Shown here piece by piece: positions 10,409 through 22,762 of a stretch of DNA of 64,000 nt. The stretch comes from a virus. Position numbers and translations under genes: made by a program. Each line of letters opens with the position of its first letter. Within the stretch, counting starts at the first letter, position 1. The notes beneath the pieces are model-generated. The model worked only from the letters and a program-made list of their open reading frames with translations, was not told the origin of the DNA and searched no databases. Location of the stretch: the IMG/VR virus record IMGVR_UViG_3300021387_000118, positions 13,168 through 77,167 of that record. One strand, given 5' to 3'.

Positions 10409-10939
10409 TTAGGAAGTTCCCCATTCTGATCTTTCAAATAATCCAACAGCAGTAGCATTAACATTTTTACCTCTCAGATATATGCTAGGGTTAACAACAA
10501 TTTGTTCTCCAACGTATCCATCTTTCTTAGAACCTTCTCTAGAATAATTAATAACACCTTTTTTGTTTAAATTCATAATATTTCTTTTTAATGTACCCTC
10601 TGGAATTTTCATTAAATCTGCTAAATCTTTAATGCCTAATTTTTTACCGTTTTTATGACCACCAGTGCGAAGAATACAATCATCATAACAAACAAAATCC
10701 GCCAGAGACATAGCAGTGGAAAATTCTCCCTAATTATTCAGATATATTCTTAATTCATTCACTCCGTCAAATAATTTGACGAAATTCTTATTTCCGTTAA
10801 AATCTCTAATGATTAAATCAGACTCATTTTGATGAACTACGTAATCACCAAATTTCATTTCATCAACAATTTCACCTGTTGTTTTACTGACAACAGCATA
10901 TAAAACTTCATCTTCTTGTTCTTTATTATTTTCCTTCAT
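10409..10939 (-). CDS. Putative HTH transcriptional regulator (one in-frame TAG at 10730)
   Basis: RBS AAGGAGGAG before the ATG at 10939. Fragments 10730-10939 and 10409-10711 share a frame joined by TAG. The C-terminal LADLMKIPEGTLKRNIMNLNKKGVI resembles a winged-helix HTH. Real TAA stop. Confidence 0.5.
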
Positions 10940-11202
10940 ATCCTTTTCTCCTCCTTTAAATTAATAAACTCTCAATCATCTGCGCATAATGATTGAAAAA
11001 ACGCCGCGAGGCATGGAAGCCCCGCAGCAATATATATATAAAATATGATTTTTTCGCCACCGAAGTGGCGTGTCAGGAGAAAGCCGCCTTCTTCATAGCG
11101 GCACTTAAAATGCCAACCCTCTGTTGGAGAAGGACAGAGGGTGTATATATCAAACGGTAATTCCGTTTTACCGTTAGATACCAAAATTAATTAATAATAA
11201 AA
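10940..11202. other. Structured, GC-enriched intergenic region with at least four stable hairpins (candidate ncRNA, attenuator or terminator cluster)
   Basis: Hairpins ACCCTCTGT-n9-ACAGAGGGT, CGCCAC-cgaa-GTGGCG, AACGGTAA-n7-TTACCGTT and GCGGGGC-n6-GCCTCGC. On the minus strand the last is followed by TTTTTT about 40 nt upstream of the regulator RBS. The track ORF 10972-11184 here is probably spurious. Confidence 0.35.
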
Positions 11203-11463
11203 TTATTCCTTATAGGGTTCAATATACCCCATTGCCCTGGAAGAATCCGACAAACCATTAGTAGTCGGATCATTAACAACTCCAAGGATCACAAGTACGC
11301 CAAATACAGCATTGACAACAGCCAGAAGCTTATTGCCAAGATCGCCCAGATCAAGCTGGAAACCAAACACTGCGGCGATAACCTAAATTAACAGAAGAAC
11401 TGCCGGAATAAGAGACAACCAAAAGTTTCTGTTTAAAAATCTAATTTTCCAATTAATATTCAT
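11203..11463 (-). CDS. Holin-like small membrane protein (two TM helices, one in-frame TAG)
   Basis: RBS AAGGAGGAAG before the ATG at 11463. Protein is about 86 aa: MNINWKIRFLNRNFWLSLIPAVLLLI(TAG)VIAAVFGF..LLAVVNAVFGVLVILGVV, with a charged C-terminus. TAA at 11203. Confidence 0.5.
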
Positions 11464-11482
11464 AATTCTTCCTCCTTAAAAT

Positions 11483-11986
11483 TTACTCATCAATAATTTC
11501 CCACGTTTTGCTTGCGGGGACAGCAACTTCATCAATCCAACTATCTCCTCCGGCATTCTTATAGCTAGTAACCATATTGTTAAAAGCCCACGCTTCCATA
11601 GCGGTCCATTGGCCTTTCTTGCGATAGAAGTTATATGCTTGTGTTACCCTATCCCCCAATTTTGATCTGTCTGATTCGTCCATCTTTTCACGCATCTCTT
11701 TTACCTAATCTGATAAATCTCGCATAGATCCTTTCATTTCATCCATGCATTCAAATATCTTATTAAATTGCTAATCAGTCTTTTCAGCATGTCGCTTTAG
11801 CTCTGCTATGTCTTTTTGCTATTTTTCTTCCCTCGTTTTTCGCTTTGTTTGTATCCCTAGCTTAGAACAAAGATAGTCAAATTTCTGGATAACCCAAACT
11901 GCAATAATAATCAATGCTGCCACAAAAATAAGTCCATTCTTCCAATCCAAACTAAGGATACTAATAACATTTCCTATGTTGTCCAT
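11483..11986 (-). CDS. Membrane protein with N-terminal TM helix and coiled coil (lysis-associated?), three in-frame TAGs
   Basis: RBS GAAAGGAGG with an 8-nt spacer before the ATG at 11986 (MDNIGNV..). TM segment LIFVAALIIIAVWVI. Fragments 11819-12013 and 11483-11695 are joined by TAGs. Real TAA at 11483. Confidence 0.45.
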
Positions 11987-12090
11987 TGGTTCAACCTCCT
12001 TTCCCAAAATCATTAGTAGTCACAATCCTTTTAGTCCTTTGGGAGGTTAGTCCCCTTATATATAAACAGCTTATGAGGCTGAGAATATTG

Positions 12091-13095
12091 TTAATATGTC
12101 CAGGCTAATGTTACCGATTTTCCGTTAGAAGATTGCGGATTATACCCATCTATACATCCCAGAAGAACCTAGAATGAGTTGGCAGTACAATTCCTTACTC
12201 CATATACAAACAATGCGCTATTAGCAGAACAAACCTGAACAAGTGGATAATACGTTCCAGAAATATTGAGATTATGTGTAATCGTGCAAACATCAGAAGC
12301 ACTAGTAACAGTATGATGATATACGGGATGAACATTAGTACATGTTAAACTGCCGGATAAAATCATATTACCACTCCAATCTACAGTTAATGCATTGGAT
12401 CTTCCGGCAGTAGTATTAGCTGTGCCGTTACCAATAGTAAATGCATAATCACCAGTGTTACTATAAATAGCAGAGTCTCCAGAACCTGAAACTGTGGCTT
12501 TATTATATTTTCCAATAACTGTGTTGTAATCATTTAATGCTACTACATACGTTCCAATAGCCATAGACGAACTACCGGATGAAGTATTATGATGACCCAT
12601 AGCTAACGCATGAGTTTTTGTAGCATTATTACTCTTACCTATAGAAACAGCATATGCATCAGAAGAAGTATTAGTATATCCTATAGAAAATGAATAATCC
12701 GCAGATGCAGTATCATTATTTCCAATAGAGAAACAGTTATTTCCACTAGCTATACTCGAAACACCTAAAGCTATAGAATTATTCCCTGAAGCGGCGGAAG
12801 ATATTCCTAAAACAAAAGAATTAGAACCTATTATATAGTCATTACTTCTTACACCTAAAGTATAACTTCTAATATAACTACTACCAACATAAGCACCATT
12901 AAAAGAACCCAATAAAATGCCGCTGGCTCCGAAAAATGAAACACCAGAGGCCAATAAAGATATATAATTATCTCCTAAAGATTTACTGTAAATTTTATCA
13001 ACAGCCAAATTCCCCGACACTTCCAAATCATTACAATACAATTTATTTAAAATTCTTCCCACTCCATTAACGAGAAGATTATTAAGAATTGCCAA
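12091..13095 (-). CDS. Tail fiber with YadA-head/Hep_Hag-like repeats (TTG start)
   Basis: RBS TAGGAGGTGA with an 8-nt spacer to the TTG at 13095. Repeats NNSIALGVSSIASGNNCFSIGNNDTA..SIGYTN..AVSIGKSNN..ALAMGHHN..SMAIG. TAG at 12169 is read through to TAA at 12091. Confidence 0.6.
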
Positions 13096-13126
13096 TCATA
13101 TCACCTCCTAAATTATAGAGGCCATA

Positions 13127-13654
13127 TCAATTAGCCTCTTTCACATTGGTTGTTTCATCCATAAAGGACAGAATATTAAGTGCATCAAAATTGATAGCAG
13201 TATCATCGCTAAGACCATCAACGAAATCATCAAAATCAACTGTCGCAACATCAACCTCATTTGTTTCCAGAAGAATATCACGGAGCTTCGTATTTAACTC
13301 ATCAAATTCTTTCTGATAATCAGCCTGAAATTCTTTCTTCAAATGTTTGAGTTCTTGCATGATCTCGTTGCCGTCAGTATCCTTTACAACATTTCCATTG
13401 GCATCACGCTCAGGTTCAGAGATGATTTCCGTATTGTCATCCGTGAACCATTTCTCTTGGATTTTCTTAACTTCCCCATCTCTAAGTTCATCGAACCTCT
13501 TAGCAATCGGAATGATTGCGTCAAGATTCTTCTTCAAATACCACCTGAATTTCAGCGGTAATTCATTGCTCATTTCTTCCGTAAAATAGTTATTAATATA
13601 AGCTACGATGTTAACGATTTCTAATGTTGTAAATTCCTTTTTAATATTTTTCAT
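13127..13654 (-). CDS. Acidic hypothetical protein (no in-frame TAG)
   Basis: RBS AAAGGAGAAAAC before the ATG at 13654. 175 aa, D/E-rich. TGA stop. Confidence 0.5.
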   Translation of the reverse strand: MKNIKKEFTTLEIVNIVAYINNYFTEEMSNELPLKFRWYLKKNLDAIIPIAKRFDELRDGEVKKIQEKWFTDDNTEIISEPERDANGNVVKDTDGNEIMQELKHLKKEFQADYQKEFDELNTKLRDILLETNEVDVATVDFDDFVDGLSDDTAINFDALNILSFMDETTNVKEAN

Positions 13655-13681
13655 AATTGTTTTCTCCTTTAATTCATTATT

Positions 13682-14257
13682 TTAATATTCGATAAATTCG
13701 GTTGCCGAAATACAGTCACTATAAATTTTCATTATGTCTCCAGTTTCGAAAAATCCATGAGCAGGACCAACTCCATCATCTTCCGCACTCATACACCACG
13801 GAGTTGGTATAGACCCTTTTTCCAGTTTCCATTTTTCAATATACATATTACGATCACCATTGGCACCACCTGGTGAATTATATATATTAAGCCATAAATT
13901 CGCTGCATTTGCATGAGAGGCATTCGCCTCAGTTACAGTAAATGTCTAATATAAATAATCAGCATGACCATCAGTAAAATAATTTGTTCCAATCATGTTG
14001 CTACCCAATCTAACACTGCCTCCGCCCCAATAAACGCCCATTCCCAGAGTGTCAGCAGTTTTCGCCGTATGAGAAACATCAACATTCCAGAACTATATAG
14101 TATATGTCTAATTTGCGACAAGGTTCTCAGATAAGTTTAACTGATATGCATTATAAGCAGCTGGGTTATATGTTTTCGGATCTATTAATAATAAGTTTTC
14201 ATTAACATTACTGCCACCAGCTATAATGTTTCCTGTTTTATAAAATCCAACGCTCAT
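13682..14257 (-). CDS. Hypothetical structural protein (three in-frame TAGs; invisible in the ORF track)
   Basis: RBS GGAGGGA before the ATG at 14257. The frame is continuous to TAA at 13682-13684. About 191 aa: MSVGFYKTGNIIAGGSNVNENLLLIDPK... Confidence 0.4.
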
Positions 14258-14258
14258 A

Positions 14259-16154
14259 TTATCCCTCCACAAATTCGCTAGTAGTTAATAATGTTCCATT
14301 GTTGGCTATACTAATTGGGGTATGATATAACTCAAGAACCTAATCAGCAGTCAATGCGGTTGCATAAATGCGGAAATCAGATAAATCTCCACCATATGAC
14401 AATGCATTATTACTCCCATAATAACCAATTGCTCCGTTATTAAACGAACCAATAAATTGACCAGTATTAGAACGATTAGAAGTTGATTTTAATGTTCCAT
14501 CATAATATAATCGCATAATACCATCTTCAAATGTAAAACATATATGATGCCATTCATTTGCCGGAACTAAGAAGCCTGGTGCCCAAGTATTGCCAGAAAA
14601 AGATGAAGAAGTACCATGGTTCCAACCAATCCTAATTTTATAATCTCCAGAATATGTAAAAATTTGACAAATATCATTATACATATAATGATTATGAGAA
14701 TCGTCAAAATCATTTCTTTTCATCCAAAATGCAAACGTCATTTCATTATTTCTTGCTGCCGTAGTCCAAATATTTGGAATAAGAATCCTACTAGTTGACT
14801 AATCAAAATGCGAACTTGTACTATATTTTGGAGTATCAGTGGAGTATGTTATATTAGTTTTCGTACCGTTATGTTTGTATCCACTACAATCATATTCAAT
14901 TCCGTCATTAAGTCCCATGGCGGTATATTCGGACTCAGTTACGGTTGATGTCCATGGGGTAGCTTTATCCCCTTTTTCGAATTTCATATTTTTAACGTAC
15001 ACTTTACCTGAACAATCTCTTACATATACATATCCATACATACTCGTTGGGATCTAATTAAATCGGACAATTTGATACTATCTAATCCATCCTTTTCCAG
15101 ATGAATCATAAAAATATTTCTTTCCATTAACATAATATGCTCCTAACCATTTAGAAGTTCCATTATTATTGTAGGTTCCATCAAGATAAAATTCACACAT
15201 TGGATTAGTAGTTCCTTTTGTAAGATTTTCAACCAAAATATCGGCAGATATGGTATACATCTATGACAGATCCGATGGGTCTATTGCACTTAAAACAGTT
15301 TGACGAATATAATTAGTTTTACCAATTGCACAATTTGCAACAAAGCAACCAATGCCGTCTTTAGTTGTTATTCCGTCACCAGACTAATAAACGGTCCATG
15401 ATGTAGTATTCTTTTGCAATGCACTATTTATGAACATATTTGCCTATATAGATGTGCTTAGTGGATAATGCACAACCAACCCTTTTGCAATCTCGGCAAC
15501 TTCACGGGGAGAGAGAGGGGTATCATAAACACGAATATCATTGCAATAATACGGAATAGCTAATGTCTATCCATTGCCGCCATAAACCTACTTCATATTC
15601 ATTTTAAATGGATATTTGGGGATCGTAGTAATATTTGGAGTATTGGTTGTTTGAAATAATTCCCCGTTAATATACAACGATATTTTTTTACTTGGTAAAT
15701 CCATTATGCATGCAAGATGAACCCATTTATCCATAAGGTTATGATTCTTTAAACTATATGAAATAACATACAAATTACTACCTTCTCTTACTGGCGTATG
15801 AATAATAAAATTAGTATATGGTTTAGTAGCTGTCCAAGATAATGCTAAACCATTATAACTGTTGTAGCCCATTAAAGTACCAAACATAGTTGTGTGTGTA
15901 GTAGAATAATTATCAATATAACTTTGAATTTCACTTTCTGGAAATTTAAACCATCCACATAATGTTGCGCCATTTTCACCAATCCAATCAGTAGAAGTCA
16001 TGCCAGATTCAATTGTGCTATTATTTGTTTTAATACATTTACCAAGTTTACCTTCATTAGACGAAGAATAACCAGTAGTAGTAAATTGTTCGGTAGATAA
16101 TCCTTGATTGTGTAATGTCCCATCTGTCATTGGAAACCAATATTTTAACGCCAT
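14259..16154 (-). CDS. Tail fiber / receptor-binding protein with two concanavalin-A-like (LamG) lectin domains
   Basis: RBS GGAGGTG before the ATG at 16154. Fragments 15588-16160, 15078-15260, 14799-15041 and 14340-14741 share one frame and are joined by TAGs. The C-terminal domain TFAFWMK..WHHICFTFEDGIMRLYYDG..FRIYATAL is LamG-like. TAA at 14259. Confidence 0.6.
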
Positions 16155-16204
16155 AATCACACCTCCATTCTTATTCTATACTTCATAAAATCTCCTTATT
16201 AAAT

Positions 16205-16237
16205 AGAAGACCACGGAGTCGAACCGCAGTCTTCTTG
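16205..16237 (-). terminator. Intra-operon hairpin (attenuator/terminator) between fiber genes
   Basis: On the minus strand, GAAGACTGCGG-ttcgact-CCGTGGTCTTC is followed by TATTT. A GGTTCGACTCC T-loop-like string occurs within it but there is no tRNA cloverleaf. Confidence 0.4.
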
Positions 16238-19200
16238 TTAATTAAAAATAAAATCTAACGAATTAGTTGTTGAATTAAACTCCATTCTGCATCCACTCGT
16301 ATTAGTGGCATTTCCACCAACGGTTACTGAGCCATTAAACACAGCATTACCAATCGTTGATATTGAAGCAACCTGAGTCGGGGTTCTTCCGCCCTTCCAT
16401 ACCCAACCACGAGTTGCATCATTAGTCGTTGAAGTTGTCTTCATTGTAAAGTACGTTGCCCAGTCGCCTTGAACATAACCATGAGCGCCTTGATTCGATA
16501 CGTTGCGCATCAAAATACCATAATAGTCTGGATCAGTACCAAACAGAGCAATACCGCCAGCAGTAGCAGATTGGCCACTATTAGCCGCAAGGTATCCACT
16601 TGCCGCAAAACTTGTACCAGTAACAGCTCCAGTAAAAGCACCGCCAGATTTTTTCATGTAGGTAGTATTGATTGCATTCCCATCAGAGTCCTGTGTGGCT
16701 TTGGTTGCTGCTCCAACAGTAACACTGGAAGCTCTCGACCACTTCATCTGCCCACCAGATGCGAATGCATCAATACCAACAAGATATGTAAATCCGTTTG
16801 ATTCTGTCAATGAAGTTGCCGTCCATTTAAGTGGGCCTGTCATAGTTCCACCAGACAATGGAAGAGCATATGAGTCATAATTACTGGTGGTTAACATGTT
16901 GGATAAATCATATGTCTATCCACTTGTGCCTGTGAGCTTAAACCACCAAGTGGGGTCATCATCTGTTGCACCTCCATTCGATGATCCGGCAAAAGTAACA
17001 ATAGGTGTATTATACGCAACATCTAACATTCCCTTTGTGTCAGACGCTCCGAATAAAATTGCTGATGAATAACTACCACTATTCCAGGTCGCTTTTGATG
17101 ATGAAGGTCTTGCTACAGTTATCTTTGTACCACTTGTTGTTCCTCCAAGAGTTTTCCACCCGCCAGTTGCAAGAGAGACACCACTCACCGCCGCGAGAGC
17201 AATAGGTTTTCCACTCACATTTGCCCAAGCTACAGCATTTGCAGTAGTCGCAGTAGTAGCAGTAGTAGCATTGCCAGAGATAGAAATATCCCAAGTGCCT
17301 GATGCTCCATCGCCAGTTTTTGTAACAGTATAAGATGTATAGTTATGAGAATCTAATACTGTAAGCCAATTTCCCCAAGTATTCGCAGTTCCATATTCAC
17401 CTCTAATCTATAGGTATGGAGTAGATGAACTATGACAATAAGCTATCTATCCATCCCAAGCACCATTATCCCATGGCAGATGTAAGATATGAGCGTCACT
17501 TCCAGGTTTACCCTCGGTCATAGAACCTGTTGCTAAGAAGTATCTTACCTTGTTATCCGCAAAATTTTTATTTGCAGTTGTCGGTCTTGATGCTGTGCCA
17601 GATTGTGGTTCCCAAGATGAATTTAAACCACATAATGCAGCACTATCGACTGCGGTACAAGCAGTTATAATACCATGATTATCAACATAAACAGGCTAAG
17701 TTGCACTTCCTACATCTGCAAATGTTTTATTATCACTACCAGATGGTAATAGAGCAAATTTATACCATTTAGTCCATGTAGCTCCAGTATCTTGTGATGA
17801 ACGATAAAATAAATCGTTATTACCACTATCGAGAAATTGTCTAATAGTTTTAGGGCGATATCCAATATATGTTATTAATTTTAATCCAGCACCAGATACT
17901 GGAACCGTTCCAGATAATGTATTAGTTATAGTGTTACTAGCGCTATAATAAGTTCCGGCCTCCTTATAGTTAGTATCTATATTGCTTGATTCTGCCATGT
18001 CTGTTCCACAAGCTTTGATATATGCACCACCTAAATTAGTAATAGCATCAATAGCAGTTGTTGCACTAGTACCACCTTGAGCTATAGTAACTGTATTTTT
18101 TGATGTTAGAATTGCATATTCTTTATTAGATGTTAAACCTGCTGAAACAGCTGGTAAACTATATGTTTCATACTTTCCAGTTGTAGCAGTATCTGCTGTG
18201 CTATTAGGACTAAATTCTCTCCACTAAAACCTTCCTGAAGTAATATTAGTAGCATTTCCTGCATCATACCAAGATTCAGCTACCTATGTACCAGCATTAT
18301 TTTTATAATATATATCGCCGATCCATCGAACAGCTGTACCAGCATCGCCCCTACCAAGTAAATCTATATAACCAAATTGTTTACGACCTCTAAAAGCTTG
18401 TGTACCAGTAGTAACTATTCCACTAGCAGTTGGACTAGCACTTGGTATAACTGCGGTTTTAGTTTCACCTAAAATTGTCACACTTAAAGTAGGTCCAGCA
18501 GTTGTTCCATCAGAATATGACAAGTCTGTGAAAATATCTTCTGCTGATGTTTGACCAGTACCTCCTTGGGCTATTGTGACAGGATTTTTTGTTGACAACA
18601 TTGTTGACCAAGCACCCCAAGAAGTATTAGTTCCTCCACTATCATTTTGTCTGAATAAGAGAGTATCACCTCTAGCGACAATTTGGAATTTATCACCAGC
18701 ACTTCCAACCTATAAACCAACCCAATCAGAACTTCCAAATGGTTCACCAACACCCGCAAATGAGAATGTGCCAGCAGTATTATTTATTGTAGTACTATCT
18801 AAAGTTTTATTTGTTAATGTTTCTGCGGTAGTAGCACTTCCCGCAGTATCAGCATGTCCGGCATTCATCTTAGTCCATGCTGACCATGTACTGTCTGCAC
18901 TTTTCCACCAACGTTTATAAAAATATAAAGTCGATGAATCATGAACAACTAACTAAAACGGTGTGCCGATTGTTCTAGCATTTAACCAAACCATATGCCC
19001 AGTAGTATAAGCATCTGTCACGTTCCCCATAGTAAATGCTATACTATCAGTTTCAGATAAAGCCTATGCTGTCCATGTTGTCATATCATTAGTGTTGATA
19101 TAACGCATTCCAGATCCAGCCGCTGTTCCAGACATGTCGAGGCTAAATTTGTTAGATGATAATGTAAGACCAACTCCTGCACTATAAGTGGTATTAGTTG

Positions 19201-21250
19201 GGGTTGCCCAAGTACCGTCACCACGCAAGAACGATGATTGCTTTCCAGATCCAGGGGCGGGGACAAGACCAGATGTTCCATCAGCAGAAGCTGTTGCAGC
19301 ACCCATCGCTGAAACAGCAACAGTAATTGCACCACTCGCATTAGAAGTTACACTAACTGGAGCAGTACCCGCAATTTTACGCCGATCATAATTACTATTA
19401 TCTGCAAGTATTAAATAAGTATTGCCATTAGTAGTTGCCGCATTTCCAGTTGCGGAAGATCCACCAACATAAAAGTGTCCAGTAAGATGAGTATCTTTAT
19501 CATTTGGGACAGCCCAAGTTCCATCTGCTCTCAGGAATTTTGTATTATATCCATCTTTTGGCGGTACTGCGTTTACATAGCCAACAGTACCATTCGCAGA
19601 AGATGTTGCTCCAGTCATTGCTTCCCAAGTGTTCGTACTAGCAATTGTAATATTTCCATCTGCATCTGACTTAACCGTAGTGGCACCAGAACCAGCAATT
19701 TTTCTTCTGTCATAGTTGTCGTTGTCTGCCAATATTAAATAAACATTTCCATTTGTTGTAACCGCTGCGTTTCCAGTCGCCGAAGATCCGCCGACATATA
19801 GATGAGCCGTAAGGTGAGTATTTGTGTCGGTAGGAACTGCCCAAGTCCCATCTGCTCTGAAAAACTTAGCCTAATTGCCAGCACCAGGAGCCGGAACATA
19901 GCCAGCAGTACCATCGGCAGAAGCAGTAGCACCGACAAAAGCTGTCCAAGTATTATTATCAGTAGGAACAGCCCAAGTTCCATCACCACGTAAGAATTTA
20001 TTGTGATTTCCGGCAGTAGGAGCAGTAATATATCCATCAGTACCATTTGCTGAAGAAGTTGCTCCAACAAACTTCGTCCAAGTATTTGTTGAAGAAATCG
20101 TAATATCACCACTTGCATTTGATGTAACAGATGTTGCTCCGCTACCAGAAATTTTACGCCGTGTAGTTGCTGATCCACCATCCACAAGAATAAGATAAGT
20201 CGATCCGTTTGAAGTGGCGGCATTGGCTGATCCATTCGATGCTCCCGCATAAAGGTATGCCGTATTATGTGTATTGTTATCTGGTGGAACTGCCCATGTT
20301 CCGTCTTGTCTTAAGAATTTAGTGGTAGTGCTTTCATTTGGTAATTGAGGAACAAGTCCATCAGAATCTTTAGAAACAACATCATATTGAGTTCCTACAG
20401 GTGCTGCCCAAGTTCCATCATTTCTCAGAAATGTATTTGTTGCTGATCCAAGTTTTGGACCATTTGTAATTGTGTTTTCGCCATTAAATTTAACTAAATA
20501 TCCACTTGTACCGGAGCCAGTAATATTATTCTATATAACAGTTGGAAGACCGTTCTTAAAATAAACAGGGACGGATTCATTACCAACATTCGTATTAGTT
20601 CCTAAATTAGTAGCCGACGTAGCACTATCGGCAGTTCCGGCAGTTGCCGCTTTGCCAGAATATGTACTAGCATTAAGGCCAAGAACTGAATTAATTTTAG
20701 ATTGAACATAAGACCATAATACAGAAGCATTTCTACGAAAATAATCAGTTTTAGTGGTATCTGTATTCTATGTAATTATATAAGTACTATCGGTAATCGT
20801 TGTAGCTGTACCAGTATCTAATGCATTCAGAAAATTATTTGCGGCAGCTTTTGCAGTAGTTTGTCCAGTTCCACCATTGCCAACACCAAGAGTTCCGGTT
20901 ACCCCTGGAGTTATATCACTGGACCCATCAAAAGAGGCGGTGGAAGTGGAAGCTAAGTTTGTTCTAATGGTATGACCATTTTCTAATTTGGTGGCAGTAT
21001 CTGCATTACCAGTAACATTACCATATAATCCATTAATAAATCTGGCAGAACCAGTGTTAATAAGATTTCCACTTGTTAAGTCTGTTACATTTAATGCGTC
21101 AAAATTTTCTAGGTCAACATCTGAAGTAGTTTGATTACGTTTCTGCAATGTAAGAGTGTGACCAGAGAATTCCGCCGATCCTACTGCCTATGAATCTTTG
21201 AGATTATATGACTAATTATTTGGTAACTTTATTACAGATAAATCACTCAT
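16238..21250 (-). CDS. Giant tail fiber (~1670 aa) with repeated ~170-aa modules carrying F(L/F)R(A/G)DGTWA(V)P motifs; more than 20 in-frame TAGs
   Basis: RBS AAAGGTGGTGAG before the ATG at 21250. Fragments 20768-21148, 19871-20185, 19064-19732, 18284-18601, 17696-17998, 16916-17218 and 16238-16897 all have the same frame (end mod 3 = 1). Translation across every gap has no TAA/TGA. TAA at 16238. Confidence 0.65.
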
Positions 21251-21289
21251 TTATTTTCTCACCACCTTTCTATGTGAATAAAATAATTA

Positions 21290-22308
21290 TCAAGAAACAG
21301 TAATATCTTCTGCGGTACCTTGGAAAGTAGGCTGACTAACGCTACCAGCAGCGGTAGTTGTACCAGACAGATTATATTTCTTTCCTGTAAATGAGGGAGC
21401 GCTATTACTACCAACAGTGGTTCCCTTAACAGTTACAGTTTTATTTGTTCCAGTAAATGAAGCAGAAATGACCGTGTCGGTTCCAGTAAATATTGGATCA
21501 GACGCAAGTTGATATGATGCATCTCCGGTTTTAACGGTTTCATTCTCAGTTGTGATAGCGGCAGTAGTAGAATAACCAATTTGATACAAACTTAAAGTTT
21601 CTCCAGAAACAGAATAATACACTAAATTGTTATCTGGATGATCAGTACTACTAGGAGCAGCAACAGTGACTGCATTTGCAACAGTATTTATAGTTTTTGG
21701 ATTTTTGATTGTAGTAGTAGTACCAGCAGTATTTACACTGATATTTGGCTTACTAACAGTCCCCGCTGGTTTAAAATTTGTAGTACCAGTAGTTTCTTGA
21801 GTAATTGTAACATTACCAGTTGCCGCAAATGTACCAGTTGATGTCATTTCTCCTCCGGTAAACTATGGAACCCCAACAGTTCCACCAACCTAAAATGTTC
21901 CATTATTAGCTTCTGTAGCGGTAATATCAACAGTAGATTCCTGACCCTAAAAGTTTGGTTTCGTAACAGTTCCTTTTGGCGTATAATTTGCAGTTGCGGT
22001 ATCCTTAAATGCTAATGCTTTTAAAGAACCAGTAGAACCAAACTCATGCCACTTATTGTCCGTATCACTAAATATATATTCTTTGTTGCCATATATAACA
22101 ACATCTCCGGCAACAGCAGTATACTATTGAGTATCAATAGTAATTGGATTAGTCGTTGAACCATCAGCAATAGCAGTAGTGGTTACACCAGCATAATGCA
22201 TTGCACCACTACTTGTACCGGTAATAACCTCGATCTATTGTCGTGCATATGCATCTTTGATATTATATTCCGATCCAGACGGAAGTCGGATTTTTGAAAG
22301 ATCTGCCA
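21290..22308 (-). CDS. Structural protein with repeated PNF.G / FTG strands; apparent -1 frameshift near 22141-22150
   Basis: RBS AAAGGAGAAAATC before the ATG at 22308. The N-terminal 55 codons are in one frame and the remainder, down to TGA at 21290, in the -1 frame. Each frame is closed on the other side of the junction. Confidence 0.4.
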
Positions 22309-22427
22309 TATGATTTTCTCCTTTCTTAAATTATTGTAAATCTATCAAATTACAGAGTTGTTATTACTAAACACTCTGAATCATTTTCATCTATTAAACA
22401 TCTGTTTTTATTATTCCAATACTCACG

Positions 22428-22748
22428 TTCAGCCTATGTTATATGCACAACACGATCATTAACATGATCAAGGAATGTCTACTCATCAACCGTCATATAT
22501 GGCAAATCAACAACGTAAGCATTCCCATCGCCGAGTCTAAATGCGGGAACTTCATAAGTAGTATCATCCTTAGTAATAGTCCGATAATCAGTTGTCACAT
22601 AGAGTACACCTGGTTCAGATGTAGTTAATCCATCTATATCCCATTGAGATTTTGTCTTGGCAACCACCGTGAGTTTTTGGTTAATTCTCCCTGAAATAAT
22701 CTAATAAAACCTGATTAATCCATTTTTATCTAAATAGGAGTTTGCCAT
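22428..22748 (-). CDS. Hypothetical protein (three in-frame TAGs)
   Basis: RBS AAGGGGGTGAG before the ATG at 22748. Includes fragment 22479-22667. TGA at 22428. Confidence 0.4.
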
Positions 22749-22762
22749 TAAAGCTCACCCCC

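Noticed and set aside
10972-11184. Track ORF (70 aa) in the holin-regulator gap
   Set aside because: It has no RBS and a low-complexity sequence, and it runs across several GC-rich hairpins. More likely non-coding structured RNA or DNA.
16205-16237. GGTTCGACTCC string resembling a tRNA T-loop
   Set aside because: It lies inside an 11-bp-stem terminator-like hairpin between two fiber genes. No acceptor stem, D-arm or anticodon arm could be formed. Treated as a hairpin/terminator, not a tRNA.
19735-20250. Long L/Q-rich ORFs in alternative frames of the fiber genes (19735-20250, 19081-19341, 28673-28939, 29714-30085, 22939-23238, 62664-63041 and others)
   Set aside because: They are in different frames from the TAG-joined real genes and are leucine-rich or otherwise junk-like, as expected from off-frame reading of Gly/Ala/Thr-rich repeat genes.
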